A stretch of DNA of 64,000 nucleotides from Eledone cirrhosa (lineage: Eukaryota), in the NCBI GenBank assembly GCA_964016885.1, contig OZ024740.1, positions 46,004,001-46,068,000 of the forward strand, written 5' to 3'. The notes beneath the pieces are model-generated. The model saw only the letters and a program-made list of their open reading frames with translations, did no database searches and was not told the DNA's origin. Of the stretch, positions 51,732 through 64,000 are shown piece by piece; positions within the stretch are counted from its first letter, which is position 1; every line of letters begins with the position of its first letter. Both the position numbers and the translations under genes were made by a program.

Positions 51732-52607
51732 AAATTGATGTATGACATACCTCAACTGTGCTGATGGTTCAATTCCAGTCTTGGCAGTGATTAATTATAA
51801 CAAAACTCAATATTTATATACCATAAGTACTAACATGACAAACTACATATAATGGAGAGGGTGAGTAGGAAAACGTGTAGAAGAACAATAAATACATAAA
51901 TAGATAAATAAAATACATAAACACATAAGTACATAAATGTTAAATATTTAAATAATTAAATAGGTAAATATTCGTATTAGAGAAAAAAAAAACAAATGAG
52001 AGAGAGAGAGCTAAATAGAGTAGAAAAGCAAAAGATAGAGAGATGAAGATATAAACGAATCTTTTCGTAGCTTACATGTACTCAAAGACGTGGTTGAAGC
52101 TATGAATCAATGTGTGTAAATAAGAAGAATAACTCTTCAGTAAATCTATGTTTGTAGATATCGAACTGTTGCTCAATGACGTTGTCAGTTTAACTATACA
52201 GAATGTAATCATCTTTTGATGTTACCGTGAGAGAGACATGCTAATAGTTTCTAGGATCAGTGAGGGTGTCATCTCTGTGTTTACACATCTAATGATAAGT
52301 ATCAGTAAAAATATAAAGTTAAATAGTGAGAGAGGCAAGGGATAGAAGACGACTCAGATAGATATTTTATTAAGGCCATAAAACGGGGTCAGTTTATTGG
52401 AAGCTGGTGTCAGTAACAACGACTTACTTTTACAGTAGTCTTACCCCCCTCCCCCATCCTTCACACCACCGTCATCATCTCCCTATCAACCCTTCAGCCA
52501 CAACCATCATCCCCATCATACCACCATCACCCCACCACCACCATCTTTTCTTTGTACATTAATACAACTGATGGTTGTGTTCACCTGTATTGTGAGTGTT
52601 GAAATGT

Positions 52608-52928
52608 GAAGGCACGTGGTATAGTGGCTATGGTATTCGACTCACGATCGTAAAGTCGTGATTTCGATTCCCAGCAACACGTTCTGTCCTTGACCAAGAT
52701 ACATTAGCTCACGTTACTCCAGTCCACTCAGCTCCAAAATGAGGTGTACCTGTAATTCGAAGGACCAGCATTGTCACATTCTGTGTCACGCTGAATCTCC
52801 CTGAGAACTACGTTAAGGGTACACGTGTCTGTTGAATGCTGAGCTGCTTGCACTTTAATTTCACGAGCAGGCTGCTCCATTGATCGTATCAACTCAAGAA
52901 CTCGTCGTCGTAACTGACGGAGAGTCTA
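52608..52928 (+). mobile_element. tRNA-derived SINE family 2
   Basis: tggtatagtgg A box, ttcgattccc B box, tgtccttgaccaaga core; second copy at 56280-56560. Confidence 0.7.
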
Positions 52929-53139
52929 AGCGAGAAGAAGAGAAAATGTTGAAATATAAAAATAAGGTCCCAAAAGTGATTGGTTGATATTGAACCCCTC
53001 ACGCAGAGGTCAATGGGTCTATTCAGTGTGACTATTGAGCTTTTGGGCCAAAATTTGGATAAGAAATTAAAATCCATAAAATAATTCTTTACGACATTAT
53101 CTCAATTCTAAGAATTTTGGGCGAGGAGAAAGTCAATTA

Positions 53140-53315
53140 CGAGGGTCAGCTAAAAAGTTCATAAGCTGACCAAGATACTCTCATGGAATGCCCAAATGAT
53201 ATTTATTTTTCAAAATAGTTCCTGGAAAGAAGAGTTGAAATTTATGCATGCAAGATTTCATAGCTCTAGCATCACTCCTTCATAGTCAGCATATGAACTT
53301 TGCAACCCACCCTCG
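53140..53315. mobile_element. mariner-type MITE
   Basis: TA cgaggg...aagttcataagctgac / gtcagcatatgaactt...ccctcg TA. Confidence 0.7.
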
Positions 53316-53319
53316 TATT

Positions 53320-53470
53320 TTGACTGCAGTACTTCACTGGTACTTTATTCATCGACTCTGAAAGGATAAAGGTCAAAGTTAACTTCGGTGGGATTTGAAC
53401 TTAGAACCTAGAAAGTCGTCACTAAATATCGCCTAGCAGTTTATCTGACGCTCAAACGACTATGGAATCC
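53320..53470 (-). mobile_element. SINE family 1, diverged
   Basis: ctggtactttatt...aaagttaacttcggtgggatttgaact. Confidence 0.65.
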
Positions 53471-53763
53471 ACAACTCTTCATAAGATGAAAATACATAAA
53501 ATACAACTTACATATACAGGTTCCGAATTTATACATAAATAATTTGTCTTTATCGTTTATTTATTTTAAATTCTATTTACTGTTTTATTTAATTACTTAT
53601 TTATTTATATGTCTGGAGTCGATGAGCGGTCATGTATTTCATGAAAGGGCCAATGGTCTAAAATATTTTGTGATCCCTGGTTTAGATGAAATTTTCATTC
53701 ATCCTAAACCGCTACATTAAGCTGTAACTGAACTGTGCTGAAAATATTGTTTCATTCAACGAA

Positions 53764-53895
53764 GAGTTATGACCGGCAGATAATATCAACAATGGAAATA
53801 ATAAAGGAAACATAAATTCCTTGGTCCGATCTGACCAAGGAATTTATGTTTCCTTTATTATTTCCATTGTTGATATTATCTGCCGGTCATAACTC
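53764..53895. repeat. 132-bp near-perfect palindrome (63-bp arms)
   Basis: gagttatgaccggcagata...ccttggtc cgatct gaccaagg...tatctgccggtcataactc. Confidence 0.95.
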
Positions 53896-54617
53896 CTTTC
53901 TTTTTATTTTTCCCAACCAGCAGATATTATCAACAATGAAAAGACCAACGGAAACAATCTTTGGTCAAATTTTGTCAAAGGGATGATGGTTGTGGCTGAA
54001 GGGATGATAGGGAGATGATGACGGTGGAGTGAAGGAGGAGGGGGGAGGTAAGACTACTGTAAAAGTCGTTGTTACTGACACCAGCTTCCAATAAACTGAC
54101 CCCGTTTTATGGCCTTAATAAAATATCTATCTGAGTCGTCTTCTATCCCTTGCCTCTCTCACTATTTAACTTTATATTTTTACTGATACTTATCATTAGA
54201 TGTGTAAACACAGAGATGACACCCTCACTGATCCTAGAAACTATTAGCATGTCTCTCTCACGGTAACATCAAAAGATGATTACATTCTGTATAGTTAAAC
54301 TGACAACGTCATTGAGCAACAGTTCGATATCTACAAACATAGATTTACTGAAGAGTTATTCTTCTTATTTACACACATTGATTCATAGCTTCAACCACGT
54401 CTTTGAGTACATGTAAGCTACGAAAAGATTCAACAGAAACTTCTAGCTGTTTTACAGCTTCCCTTGTTTCCTCTTTCCTTTTTCGTTTTCTGATGCATAA
54501 CCTGCCTCCCATTGGCCTTTAATATTTGACATTTTATTTCTGTTATTTTATTTTTTCCCTTTTTCTTTTATTTTATTTTAGATTTTAGTTTTTTATATTA
54601 TTATTACTTGTCAAATT

Positions 54618-54756
54618 GCATAGAGTTACGGCCCTTGCCATTCTGAGTTCAAATCCCGCCGAGGTTAACTTTGCCTTTCATCCTTATGGGGTCGATCAAA
54701 TAAAGTACCAGTAATACACTGGCTAATTTGCTGGCTTTGTGCCAAAAGTAGAAACA
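54618..54756 (+). mobile_element. 5'-truncated SINE family 1 with an 18-bp TSD
   Basis: attattacttgtcaaatt at 54600-54617 and 54757-54774. Confidence 0.9.
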
Positions 54757-55281
54757 ATTATTACTTGTCAAATTAGCTCTTTTTGATTACCAACTCTAAG
54801 GAATACTCGATACTCCCCTAGTCTGCCATGGCTTACTAGCTCTATACGGACATTTAAATTGAATAAATAAATAAACACATAAATAAATAAATAAATAAAT
54901 AAATAACGAAATTTTAGTAAATGTCCGGTTTGATAATTCTCTAACAAAGGTTCCTGTCAGTTTGTATCACAATGAAATGAGCAGGATAAAAGATGCGGCA
55001 GAAAGTGCCTCCCACTGGTTATAGAACAGACAAGAAGAAATAAGTTGGAAGCCAGTAAGAGGAGATAGGCATTAATTTAGCCACCATTAAGAAACCCCTA
55101 CCAATGGAAATATATGTGAAAGGGAACACATGGAGATGAGCTGTGTTACCGTGATGATACATGTCACAGATATCTATATTGAAAGACTGAAAGATAGAAA
55201 GATTGAGCTGTGTTTCCATAGTAATGATGATGATAATATATATATATATATGTGTGTGTGTATTTGTGGAGAAAGAGAGAG

Positions 55282-55359
<78 letters not shown>

Positions 55360-55434
55360 TGAGCTGTTTCCATAGTGATATATACTGTATCATATGCCTC
55401 TTATCAAATCATCACCTGTAGAATGATTAAGTTA

Positions 55435-56203
55435 ACATCAAGTCATAACCACATTAAGTCATCACAATGTCATCACTACATTAAGTCTTGATCATGTCAT
55501 CATTACATTAAGTCATCACAATGTCATCACTACATTAAGTCTTGATCATGTCATCATTACATTAAGTCATCACAATGTCATCATTACATTAAGTCATCAT
55601 CATGTCATCACCACATTAAGCTATCACAATGTCATCACTACATTAAGTCATCACAATGTCATCACTACATTAACTCATCACAATGTCATCACTACATTAA
55701 ATCATCATTATGTCATCACTACATTTAGTCATCATCATGTCATCACCACATTAAGCCATCATCATGTCATCCATACATTAAGTCATCATCATATCATCAC
55801 TACATTAATTCATCAACATGTCATCATTACATTAGGTCATCACCATGTCATCACCATGTCATCACCACATTGTCATCATCATGTCATCATTAAATTAAGT
55901 CATCACCATGTCTTCACTACATTAAGTCATGATCGTGTCAACATTACCTTAAGTCATCATTATGTCATCACCACATTAAGTCATCATCATGTGATCACTA
56001 CATTAGGTCATCACCATGTCATCACCATGTCATCACTACATTAAGTCATCATCATGTCATCACTACATTAAGTCATCAACATGTCATCATTACATTAAGT
56101 CATCATCATGTCATCACCACATTAAGCCATCACAATGTCATCACCACATTAAGTCATCACAATGTCATCACTACATTAAGTCATCATTTCATCACTACAT
56201 TTA
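55435..56203. repeat. 27-bp minisatellite
   Basis: Unit acattaagtcatcacaatgtcatcact (55451, 55478, ...). Confidence 0.92.
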
Positions 56204-56279
56204 CCTATAAAAATATAATGTCATCATGACTCAGGATCAAAGCACACAATCAACGAATACATTCTAATATCATCAGCTG

Positions 56280-56560
56280 ATTTAGCTGTTAGAGAATTCG
56301 GCTCACGAGCGTTCGGTCATGAGTTCGATTCCCGGCTGCGCGTTGTGTCCTTGAGGAAGATATTTTATTTCACGTGGTTTCCAATTCACTCAGCTGAAAA
56401 AAATTAGTTGTACCTGTAATTCAAAAGGATATCCTTGTTACACTCTATGTCACACTGAAACACTCTGAGAACCCCATTAATAACGTGTCTGTGGAATGCT
56501 CAGCCACTTGCACGTTAATTTGACGGGCAGGCTGCTCCGTTAATCAAATGCCGGAGGCCC
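56280..56560 (+). mobile_element. tRNA-derived SINE family 2
   Basis: gagttcgattccc B box; gttgtgtccttgag; matches 52608-52928. Confidence 0.7.
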
Positions 56561-57000
56561 AACACCATTTCTCTACAGATACAGTACAGAAAAAAGACTA
56601 CGTGAAAGTGTATATGAATATATGTATGCATGTATTTGTTACATATTTCCCTGTATATTGAAAAATGAACATCTTGATTTTCGAGCTTTTATAGGGTTTC
56701 ATTTGAGGTGTCGACACCTCTACTTCAACTAATCAAGATATAATTTAAAGTTCCAGCATAAGCATTAATGATATGCAAATTAATACATCCTATTCACTGT
56801 TGCTATATATATATGGCAAGCTTTATAAATCCATTAGTTACGAATTTATCTGTGATTGATAACTGATCAAGAGCCAATAAAACAGTATCTAAACTGTGTA
56901 TCTCGGCACACAGGTGCGCCACAAGATGTAATTTGGTGCGCCACTGAAGAGAAAGGGTCTATTTATCCCGTTAGTAAAATAAGTTGGATTACTTTGAATA

Positions 57001-57190
57001 AATAATTGTTTCTACGTTAGGCACAAGGCCAGCAAATCACCCAGTGCATTACTGGTACTTTATTTTATCGACCTCGTAAGAATGAAAGGCAAAGTTAACC
57101 TTGGCGGGATTTGAACTAAGAATGGCAATGGCCGTAACTCTATACGTCAAAGCATGGCGTCCGACCCTCTACCAATACTGCCAATCCACA
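57001..57190 (-). mobile_element. SINE family 1
   Basis: Near full-length reverse-complement copy. Confidence 0.85.
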
Positions 57191-57695
57191 TGAATGAATA
57201 TTACATAACTTATGTACTAAATTTCGTAACTGTTAATTAAACATAAATATTCTTATATATGATGATTGCTTATTCTAAGATTCACTTCTTTTAAAATTTT
57301 AAAATGTCAACACCTCCGGTTATGATATAACGGACGCTATATCATATCGCGTATATAAACTTCATATATTTTCATTGTTATATCATAACGTTTATATTTC
57401 CGTCGCTAATTTTCTCCTTTTTCGTTTTCATTTCATTTCGCTGTAATGCAGTTTATATATAATATCCTCTTTTTAAAATGTATCATGGATTACTTTACTT
57501 ACAGAAGAGAATGTAACACAGTCTCTCTTCAATTTCTGTGCATATTGTCAATTACAATTTTATTTGACGTATATCTACATACATGTATATTTGCGTATAA
57601 TATCAATATGCACACTACACATGCTAGCAGAAAACCACCCGAAGAGTGGTTTTTCTGCTAGTATTTTTAAATATTTATATTTCTACTTATATGTA

Positions 57696-57904
57696 CAGGG
57701 GGGAGGGGACAAAAGTCACTTTCTAATTTAAAAAATTCATAATTTTTTCTATTATTAAAGTATCATATTTTTTTCTTTCAGATTAAAGTTGAATAACAAG
57801 ATCCAATTATGGAAAATAACACCCTCCAAGAAAAATTAGTTTTGAGTTGATTTGTAATGTTTTATTAATAAAAATAGGTAAGAAGTGACTTTTGGTCCAC
57901 CCTG
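57696..57904. mobile_element. Tc1/mariner-type MITE
   Basis: TA caggg...gacaaaagtcactt / aagtgacttttggtccaccctg TA. Confidence 0.7.
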
Positions 57905-58289
57905 TATAAATACCTCGTTTGAATGAATTTTCGAAATAAAGGCCATCAAATTTTGTTTACATAAGTATTTCACATAATAGGCAGGAAGAAAGAAAATTAA
58001 TTAATGAAAATAAGAGGAAGAGGGAAGAGACGTATAGGCACTACAGTTCAGTTTGTGCCTCGCACACAAGATGGAAAAAGCCTTGACCCCGAGAACAACC
58101 AGCGACACCCGCTCATCACCCACTTCACCTCACGGGTTCCTTCTCAGGTAGGATGTACTCCTCAGTTTTGCAGCAGTTCGGGGAACAAGGATAGCGGAGG
58201 TTTCGATGGTGACCGGCACGAAAACTAAATACACGACCAAGTCTCAGATATCGAAAAAGTACATCAAAATATATCTACTTGTTCTAAAG

Positions 58290-58571
58290 CAGGCATGGGC
58301 AACCTTTTTCGAGAAGCGGGCCGCATGAGATATGGCTTATCATCAGGCGAGCCGCAGGCGCTAATTTACATTCGTGCCCACATTAAAAAAAAGGGGCGGT
58401 AACTCAGGTTGTTTTGATTTGTTTCTGCAGAATTCGTACACGTTGTTTTCCCCGATCGTAAAAATGATAGAAAGATAAATTACGACTGAAAAGTTAAGGT
58501 AAAAAAATCAGAAAGATTTCCTTTAGGTGACTTAGGCGAGCCATTCAGAAAGCTTCGCGGCCCCATGACTG
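58290..58571. mobile_element. Possible hAT-type MITE remnant
   Basis: Left end caggcatgggcaac...gcgggccgca; degenerate right end gcggccccatgactg; TSD is weak. Confidence 0.35.
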
Positions 58572-58769
58572 TTCGAAGTGTACCAAGAAAAAAACAAAAA
58601 TGTTTTGGAACCACTGCTTTACGGGATAAAGCCGATCCTACTACAACGGAAAAATGTTTTTAGACATCGTTTCAATGTGTTCAGCTGAATAAACAATGTA
58701 ACCCCTCTCGTGCGACCATCTTAAATCAAAGAGAAATTGGGAGGAGATAACTTACAAGCTACATGAAAT

Positions 58770-58952
58770 AGTTGTTTCTACTATTGGCACAAGGCCAGCA
58801 ATTATCCCAGTGCATTACTGGTACTTTATTTTATCGACCCCCGTAAGGATGAAAGGCAAAGTTAACCTCGGCGGGATTTGAACTTAGAATGGCAAGGGCC
58901 GTAACTCTATACGTCAAAGCATGGCGTCCGACCCTCTACTGATACTGCCAAT
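58770..58952 (-). mobile_element. SINE family 1
   Basis: Near full-length reverse-complement copy. Confidence 0.85.
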
Positions 58953-59306
58953 GGTTTAATAGTGTAAGAGTATTTTTCAACAAAAATGTGGAAGCATTAA
59001 TTTTCAGCAATGAAAAAGGGCATGGCATGATATTACAAAAGCGATAACAGCTTAACACGTTAACATATAGGCCCTTACATATAGGCTCCTCGTGGAGTTG
59101 TACGGGTGCCGTCCTGACATACGATGTGTCTTGAACACTTAACCCATCCCTCTCCAGGTTTGAACACAGTCAATTTCTTCTTGAGTAATAGGATGAGAGA
59201 GAGGCGGGGGGAGAAATGGAGAGAGATAGAAAGACCATCTGGTTACCATGGCAACACATTGTTATCCATTTTGCCTTTGTATTGTTGTTTCATTATTAGC
59301 AATCAG

Positions 59307-59490
59307 GGCGGTGAATTGGCAGTATCGGTAGAGGGTTGGACGCCATGCTTTCTAGCATAGTTACGTCCCTTTACGGTTTGAGTTCAAATCCCGCTGAGGT
59401 TAACTTTGCCTTTCATCCTTACGGGGCCGATAAAATAAAGTACCAGTAATGTACTGGGTAATTGCTGGCCGTGTGCCTAAAGTAGAAACA
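59307..59490 (+). mobile_element. Full-length tRNA-derived SINE family 1 with a 16-bp TSD
   Basis: A box tggcagtatcgg, B box gagttcaaatccc; TSD attattagcaatcagg at 59292-59307 and 59491-59506. Confidence 0.9.
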
Positions 59491-61214
59491 ATTATTAGCA
59501 ATCAGGAATTAGTAGAGAAAAGACGTTATCAGAAAAATGATTACTTCAGCAACACACACACTTTATTCCTGAATCACTAATTGTATGGCAATGAAGCTTG
59601 TCACATGTATAGACCACTGATAGGCAAACATTTCTGCCTCACAAAAATGTTGCTGACGAAATCATTTTTCTGATGACGTCGTCAGTTGTACCCAGATGTG
59701 TTAAAGTTTAGTATTTTTATAGTGTTCAAAGATTTTCCAGAACCACTAAGGCTATGACCATGAAACTTTGCAGGGATATAGGTACGGTCATGTACCTGCT
59801 CTCTACCCTGTTTGCTAATAATGAAACAACAATGCAATGTCAAAAATTTAGCAAAATGGATAACAACGTGTTACCATGGTATCCAGGTAGTTGCCATGGG
59901 AACTATGTGATGTTCATAGCAACCGTTGCCATATGCAACCGTTGCCATAGCTTGGCAATATTCGATTACAGAACTTCTAAAACCCCCAGGTTTTATAGAG
60001 TTAAGTTAAATTACAAGGCAAGGACAAAATACGTATATGTTTGACATTTACATCGATCAATGTGTAACGAAGACTGTCGGTTAGATCGGTGGAGACAAAA
60101 ACGAAACTCTGAGTAGGTGACACGCAGAGAGATAAAGATGCTCTACTAACGATAACCATATCTGAACAGTGTGGAATCCTTGAGGGGGAAAACGAAACAA
60201 TAGAGTCACGTGATAGACGGAGAAGGTAGCGATAAAAGACGTGAACAACTCAGCAAAGGAGGAGGAGGAGAAGTCGCAGATAATATTGCAAAATTGGTAA
60301 CAGATACAAGAACTCCATGGTCATCAACTGTCGAAATGTATTTATTGTCTCGATCCCTATTGGTCCATTCAAGGCGACAATGTCTAACACAGTTAAACAC
60401 TATCCATGAGTATTTCACTAAATGAAAATGAAACACAATTTACGTGAAATTCATAAGAAGACAAAATATGTATATATTGCAATTTTGTCCGCTGGACGCA
60501 GCCCAAACACCACCCCGCCCTAGGCCCAGAGCCCATCACCCTCCTCCATTCCCTCTCCATTTCTTCTGTGGCACAAGAGTCCTTGCTTTTTCCCTTTCTT
60601 CTGTGACACAATACTATTTGCTTTTTCCGTTTCTTCTGTGGCTCAAGAGTCCTTGCTTTTTCCTTCTTTTTCCTCTCATTTGTGGCATTTATAGTCCTTT
60701 CCTATACTTTCTCATACAGCTAGATCTGCCCTTCTTTACCCCTTTTCTCATAACTTAAATTTGTTTTTATCTTTCTTTTTCATATTTGTGTAGTAATCAA
60801 TGGCTTTAAGCCAACTTTGTGATTATTGAGAATAAACATTTATTTTGAAACAACCACCAGGAAAAAAATTAAATGTTGATGAAGACTGTCAGTTAGACCT
60901 ATGGAGACAAAAATAAAACATAGATTAGGTGATGTATAGAGAGGACCAACTGAGCTAGAAGTTTTATCCACGTCTGATCGGTGTGTTTATTTTAAGTTGA
61001 CATCTCATTCCCTATTTCTTGATACTTATACACTGCGATTTCATTTGATATCAGATAGCAGTCATCTTCTGTCCCTTGTGTCGATGATAATACTGCATCT
61101 TCCATTCACGGTGTTGTATATATAGTATAATTAAAATTCCATACACTTAACATGTATTGCATAAACTGCTGAACACAGTTAACTGCAATCACACCGACAG
61201 ATACACACACACAC

Positions 61215-61289
<75 letters not shown>

Positions 61290-61325
61290 CGCGAGTGTGT
61301 GTGTGCGTGTGCGCGTGTGTGTGTG

Positions 61326-61366
<41 letters not shown>

Positions 61367-62469
61367 GTGTGTGTGTGTAGTATAATTAAAATTATAAAAT
61401 TATAAGGCATTACGTATATGGTGCCAGATGAAATATCAATGTTGAGAGAAGGAAGAGAGATGATATCATATATTCAACATCAGTTTATTTCTTTATATCA
61501 TTTATTATGTACATTTTAAAGGCATTAAAAGGTCGTTGGGCAACAATTATCTGATGCGTTGTCGTCAGACAGGTGTTTAAATGTAAATAAAAATAAAGTT
61601 TTGTTTTTGTTTTTGATATACCTGCCATTGAAGAGATGTTGATATTTCAGTAGCATGCAAGCATATGCTATATGAATGCAAGCGCTGGCAAGCCAGTGGA
61701 TATGGGAATGAGAGCTACTATGGTGATAGTAGCATGTGGTGAGAGCAGGTCCCTACCTACTAAAGGGGTCAGGCTATTCAATCTTTAGTCAATCGTTCTG
61801 GTTCTTAAATGGGTTATAAAATAGTTGATTACTTTTTATCATTATATTTACGTTTGTTAGTCCTCAGCGAGTAATGACAGTCATCTTACCCCTATTACTA
61901 TCACGTTGACGTCGGTAAAACTATGGTGCATGGTCATCTATCTAAGCTGTTGTACAGAAGGAAGAGGGGGTGCTTAGGCTAAAGCCTGCGAGTATTGCTA
62001 TGAATGCGTGTGCGAGCTAGATCTAGATATAGTGGATCTGCGTCGTCGTAGCCATGTGCGCGTGTGCTTGGTCTTATAGAAGTAGTATGTGCAGGTACAC
62101 GTGAACTATAGATTACTTACAAGCACACACATGCTGACAGGCACCCATAGGCACCCGCGCACATATACGTACACGCGGTCCCTCGCACAAGGCGATAGAT
62201 GGATAGAGGTAAGAAAATGGAGAAAGAAAAGAAAAAGGAGAAAACACGAAACAAAGGTGAAGATCAAAGTTTAGATGCTAGGGGAAGAGTTAATTCAGTC
62301 CAGTCTGTAAGGTGGAAGCGTAGTGTTACCAGAAGCTAGGAACAAAGTCTGATTTTCCACCTTGGGTCTAGTTTCCCTAATGGACTCAACCCCACTCCTC
62401 AATTGCTTTAATCTTGCGCACATGCAGTCGCGCTTACTTCTCTACCCCTAGCTATCGTCACCCCTAAGT

Positions 62470-62665
62470 AAAAGGCCAGTAACTTGGGGGTTGGGCGAAA
62501 GTCGATTACACCGATACGTGTAGTTATCTGGTACCTTTTGGATGTGTGTGAGTGGGTGGGGAGAGTCGATTACAATGACTCCAGTAGTTAACTGGTACTT
62601 TCTTTTTATTGCTACTGGATGGATGAAATGCGAAGTTGACTTCAGCTGTATTTGAACTCAAAATG
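62470..62665 (-). mobile_element. SINE family 1 (long variant), diverged
   Basis: aaggccag...aaagtcgatta...actggtacttt...ggatgaaatgcgaagttgac...atttgaactc. Confidence 0.55.
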
Positions 62666-62969
62666 TAAATAGTTTGAAAAGAGATGAAAATCAAAATGCT
62701 ATCATGCATGAATATAACATAAGTTCTTAAACCATTTATGATATTAAGAAACAAGAGAACGATCTAACCCTTTCGATACCAACCCGCCTGAAACCGTCTC
62801 TGGTTCTATGATACAAAACTGCTTGTTTTAAAAGGTTTATATTTATGAAAAACAAACCTTCTATCATTGATTTTAAGTAAAAACTTTTGTTAATATATAT
62901 TCCAAGCACAATCGTAATAATAAGAAAGTCAGTTATATTGCTAAATCCTTTCAAATGCTAGATTGGTTT

Positions 62970-63068
<99 letters not shown>

Positions 63069-63236
63069 GAGTGCTTGTGGTATGAGAGACACAGAGAGAA
63101 AATGTGATAGACGAAGAGGGAGTGAGAGAAAGTTAGTGATAGAGAGATAGTGAATGATAGAGAAAGAGTATGAGTGCGTGTGTATGCGAGAGAGAGTGGG
63201 TGATAGAGAGAGTATTATAGATAAATAGATACATAG

Positions 63237-63336
<100 letters not shown>

Positions 63337-63769
63337 AGTGAGTGATTAGGATTAACAACATCGTTAGGCCACAGAAACTGGTGTTATTAAAGCCCCCACA
63401 TGGTCAAGATTCTAGAAATAACGGGAGATCAGTCCATTCCCAGGCCCTGGATATGACAAACGAACAACGGAGATCGTCGAAACTTCTGTTTAGAAGACAG
63501 AGAGCGGAAGTTGAAAACAATTAGAATTAGAAAATTTCGCCGTATATTTGAATAAAGAAAATATTCTAATAACGGGGCATATGAACGGAAAATGATGGTC
63601 TTCTGCACGTGTGTTCTGTTATTAGACCATTTCCTTTAGTCAGAAATACGATGAAATATTCTAATTCTACATTTATTGTATTTAGTTTTGTTGTGAATTG
63701 GCAAATTCGTTAGAACGTCGGATAGGATGCTTTGTGGTATTCGTTTTAGCTCTCTTCGTAAAGGGCCAT

Positions 63770-64000
63770 AACTGTATGCTGCAAAGCATGGTGTCTGACG
63801 CTCTACCGATACTTCCAATTGAAATAATGGTTTCTTATATAGGCACAAGGCCAGCAATTTTGGGGGAGGGGAAAGTCGATTAAATCGACCCCAGTACGTT
63901 ACTGGTACTTTATTTTATCGACCCCGTAAGGATGAAAGGCAAGGTTAACCTCGGCGGGATTTGAACTCAGACCGTTAGGACCGTAACTCTATGCTGCAAA
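63770..64000 (-). mobile_element. SINE family 1: 5' fragment (63770-63820) plus a long-variant copy running off the window
   Basis: ggcacaaggccagcaattttgggggaggggaaagtcgattaaatcgacc...ggatgaaaggcaaggttaacctcggcgggatttgaactc. Confidence 0.8.

Larger units (their letters stand above)
52059..54431. repeat. Near-identical ~455-bp inverted repeat pair (52059-52515 / 53980-54431)
   Basis: aatcttttcgtagcttacatgtactcaaagacg vs cgtctttgagtacatgtaagctacgaaaagatt, continuous over the whole arm. Confidence 0.9.

Overview
Repeat-dense, AT-rich eukaryotic DNA, almost certainly from a coleoid cephalopod (octopus-like; inferred from the reflectin gene and the SINE content). The only host protein-coding gene I can support is a 508-aa reflectin (33673-35199, +). 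It has a single coding exon and a plausible non-coding first exon about 3.4 kb upstream. From left to right, the rest is: (1) an 11.3-kb satellite of 56/52-bp units; (2) a ~17.5-kb nest of non-LTR retrotransposons (R4/Dong-like RLE elements, Tx1-like L1-clade elements and a SINE), all inserted strand-specifically into (ATT)n/(AAT)n microsatellites and organised as two arrays joined in inverted orientation at ~17264; (3) a (TA)n-rich region crowded with Penelope-related elements carrying type I hammerhead ribozyme motifs from at least 8 sequence families, several with non-canonical cores. The most striking of these is a ~320-bp tandem array (39131-43431) with one U3:A8-variant hammerhead per unit, which matches a non-LTR retrozyme architecture. 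A decayed DD34E Tc1 transposon, a non-autonomous Helitron, MITEs and many tRNA-derived SINEs are also present. All ribozyme folds and family assignments were made by eye; no searches were run.
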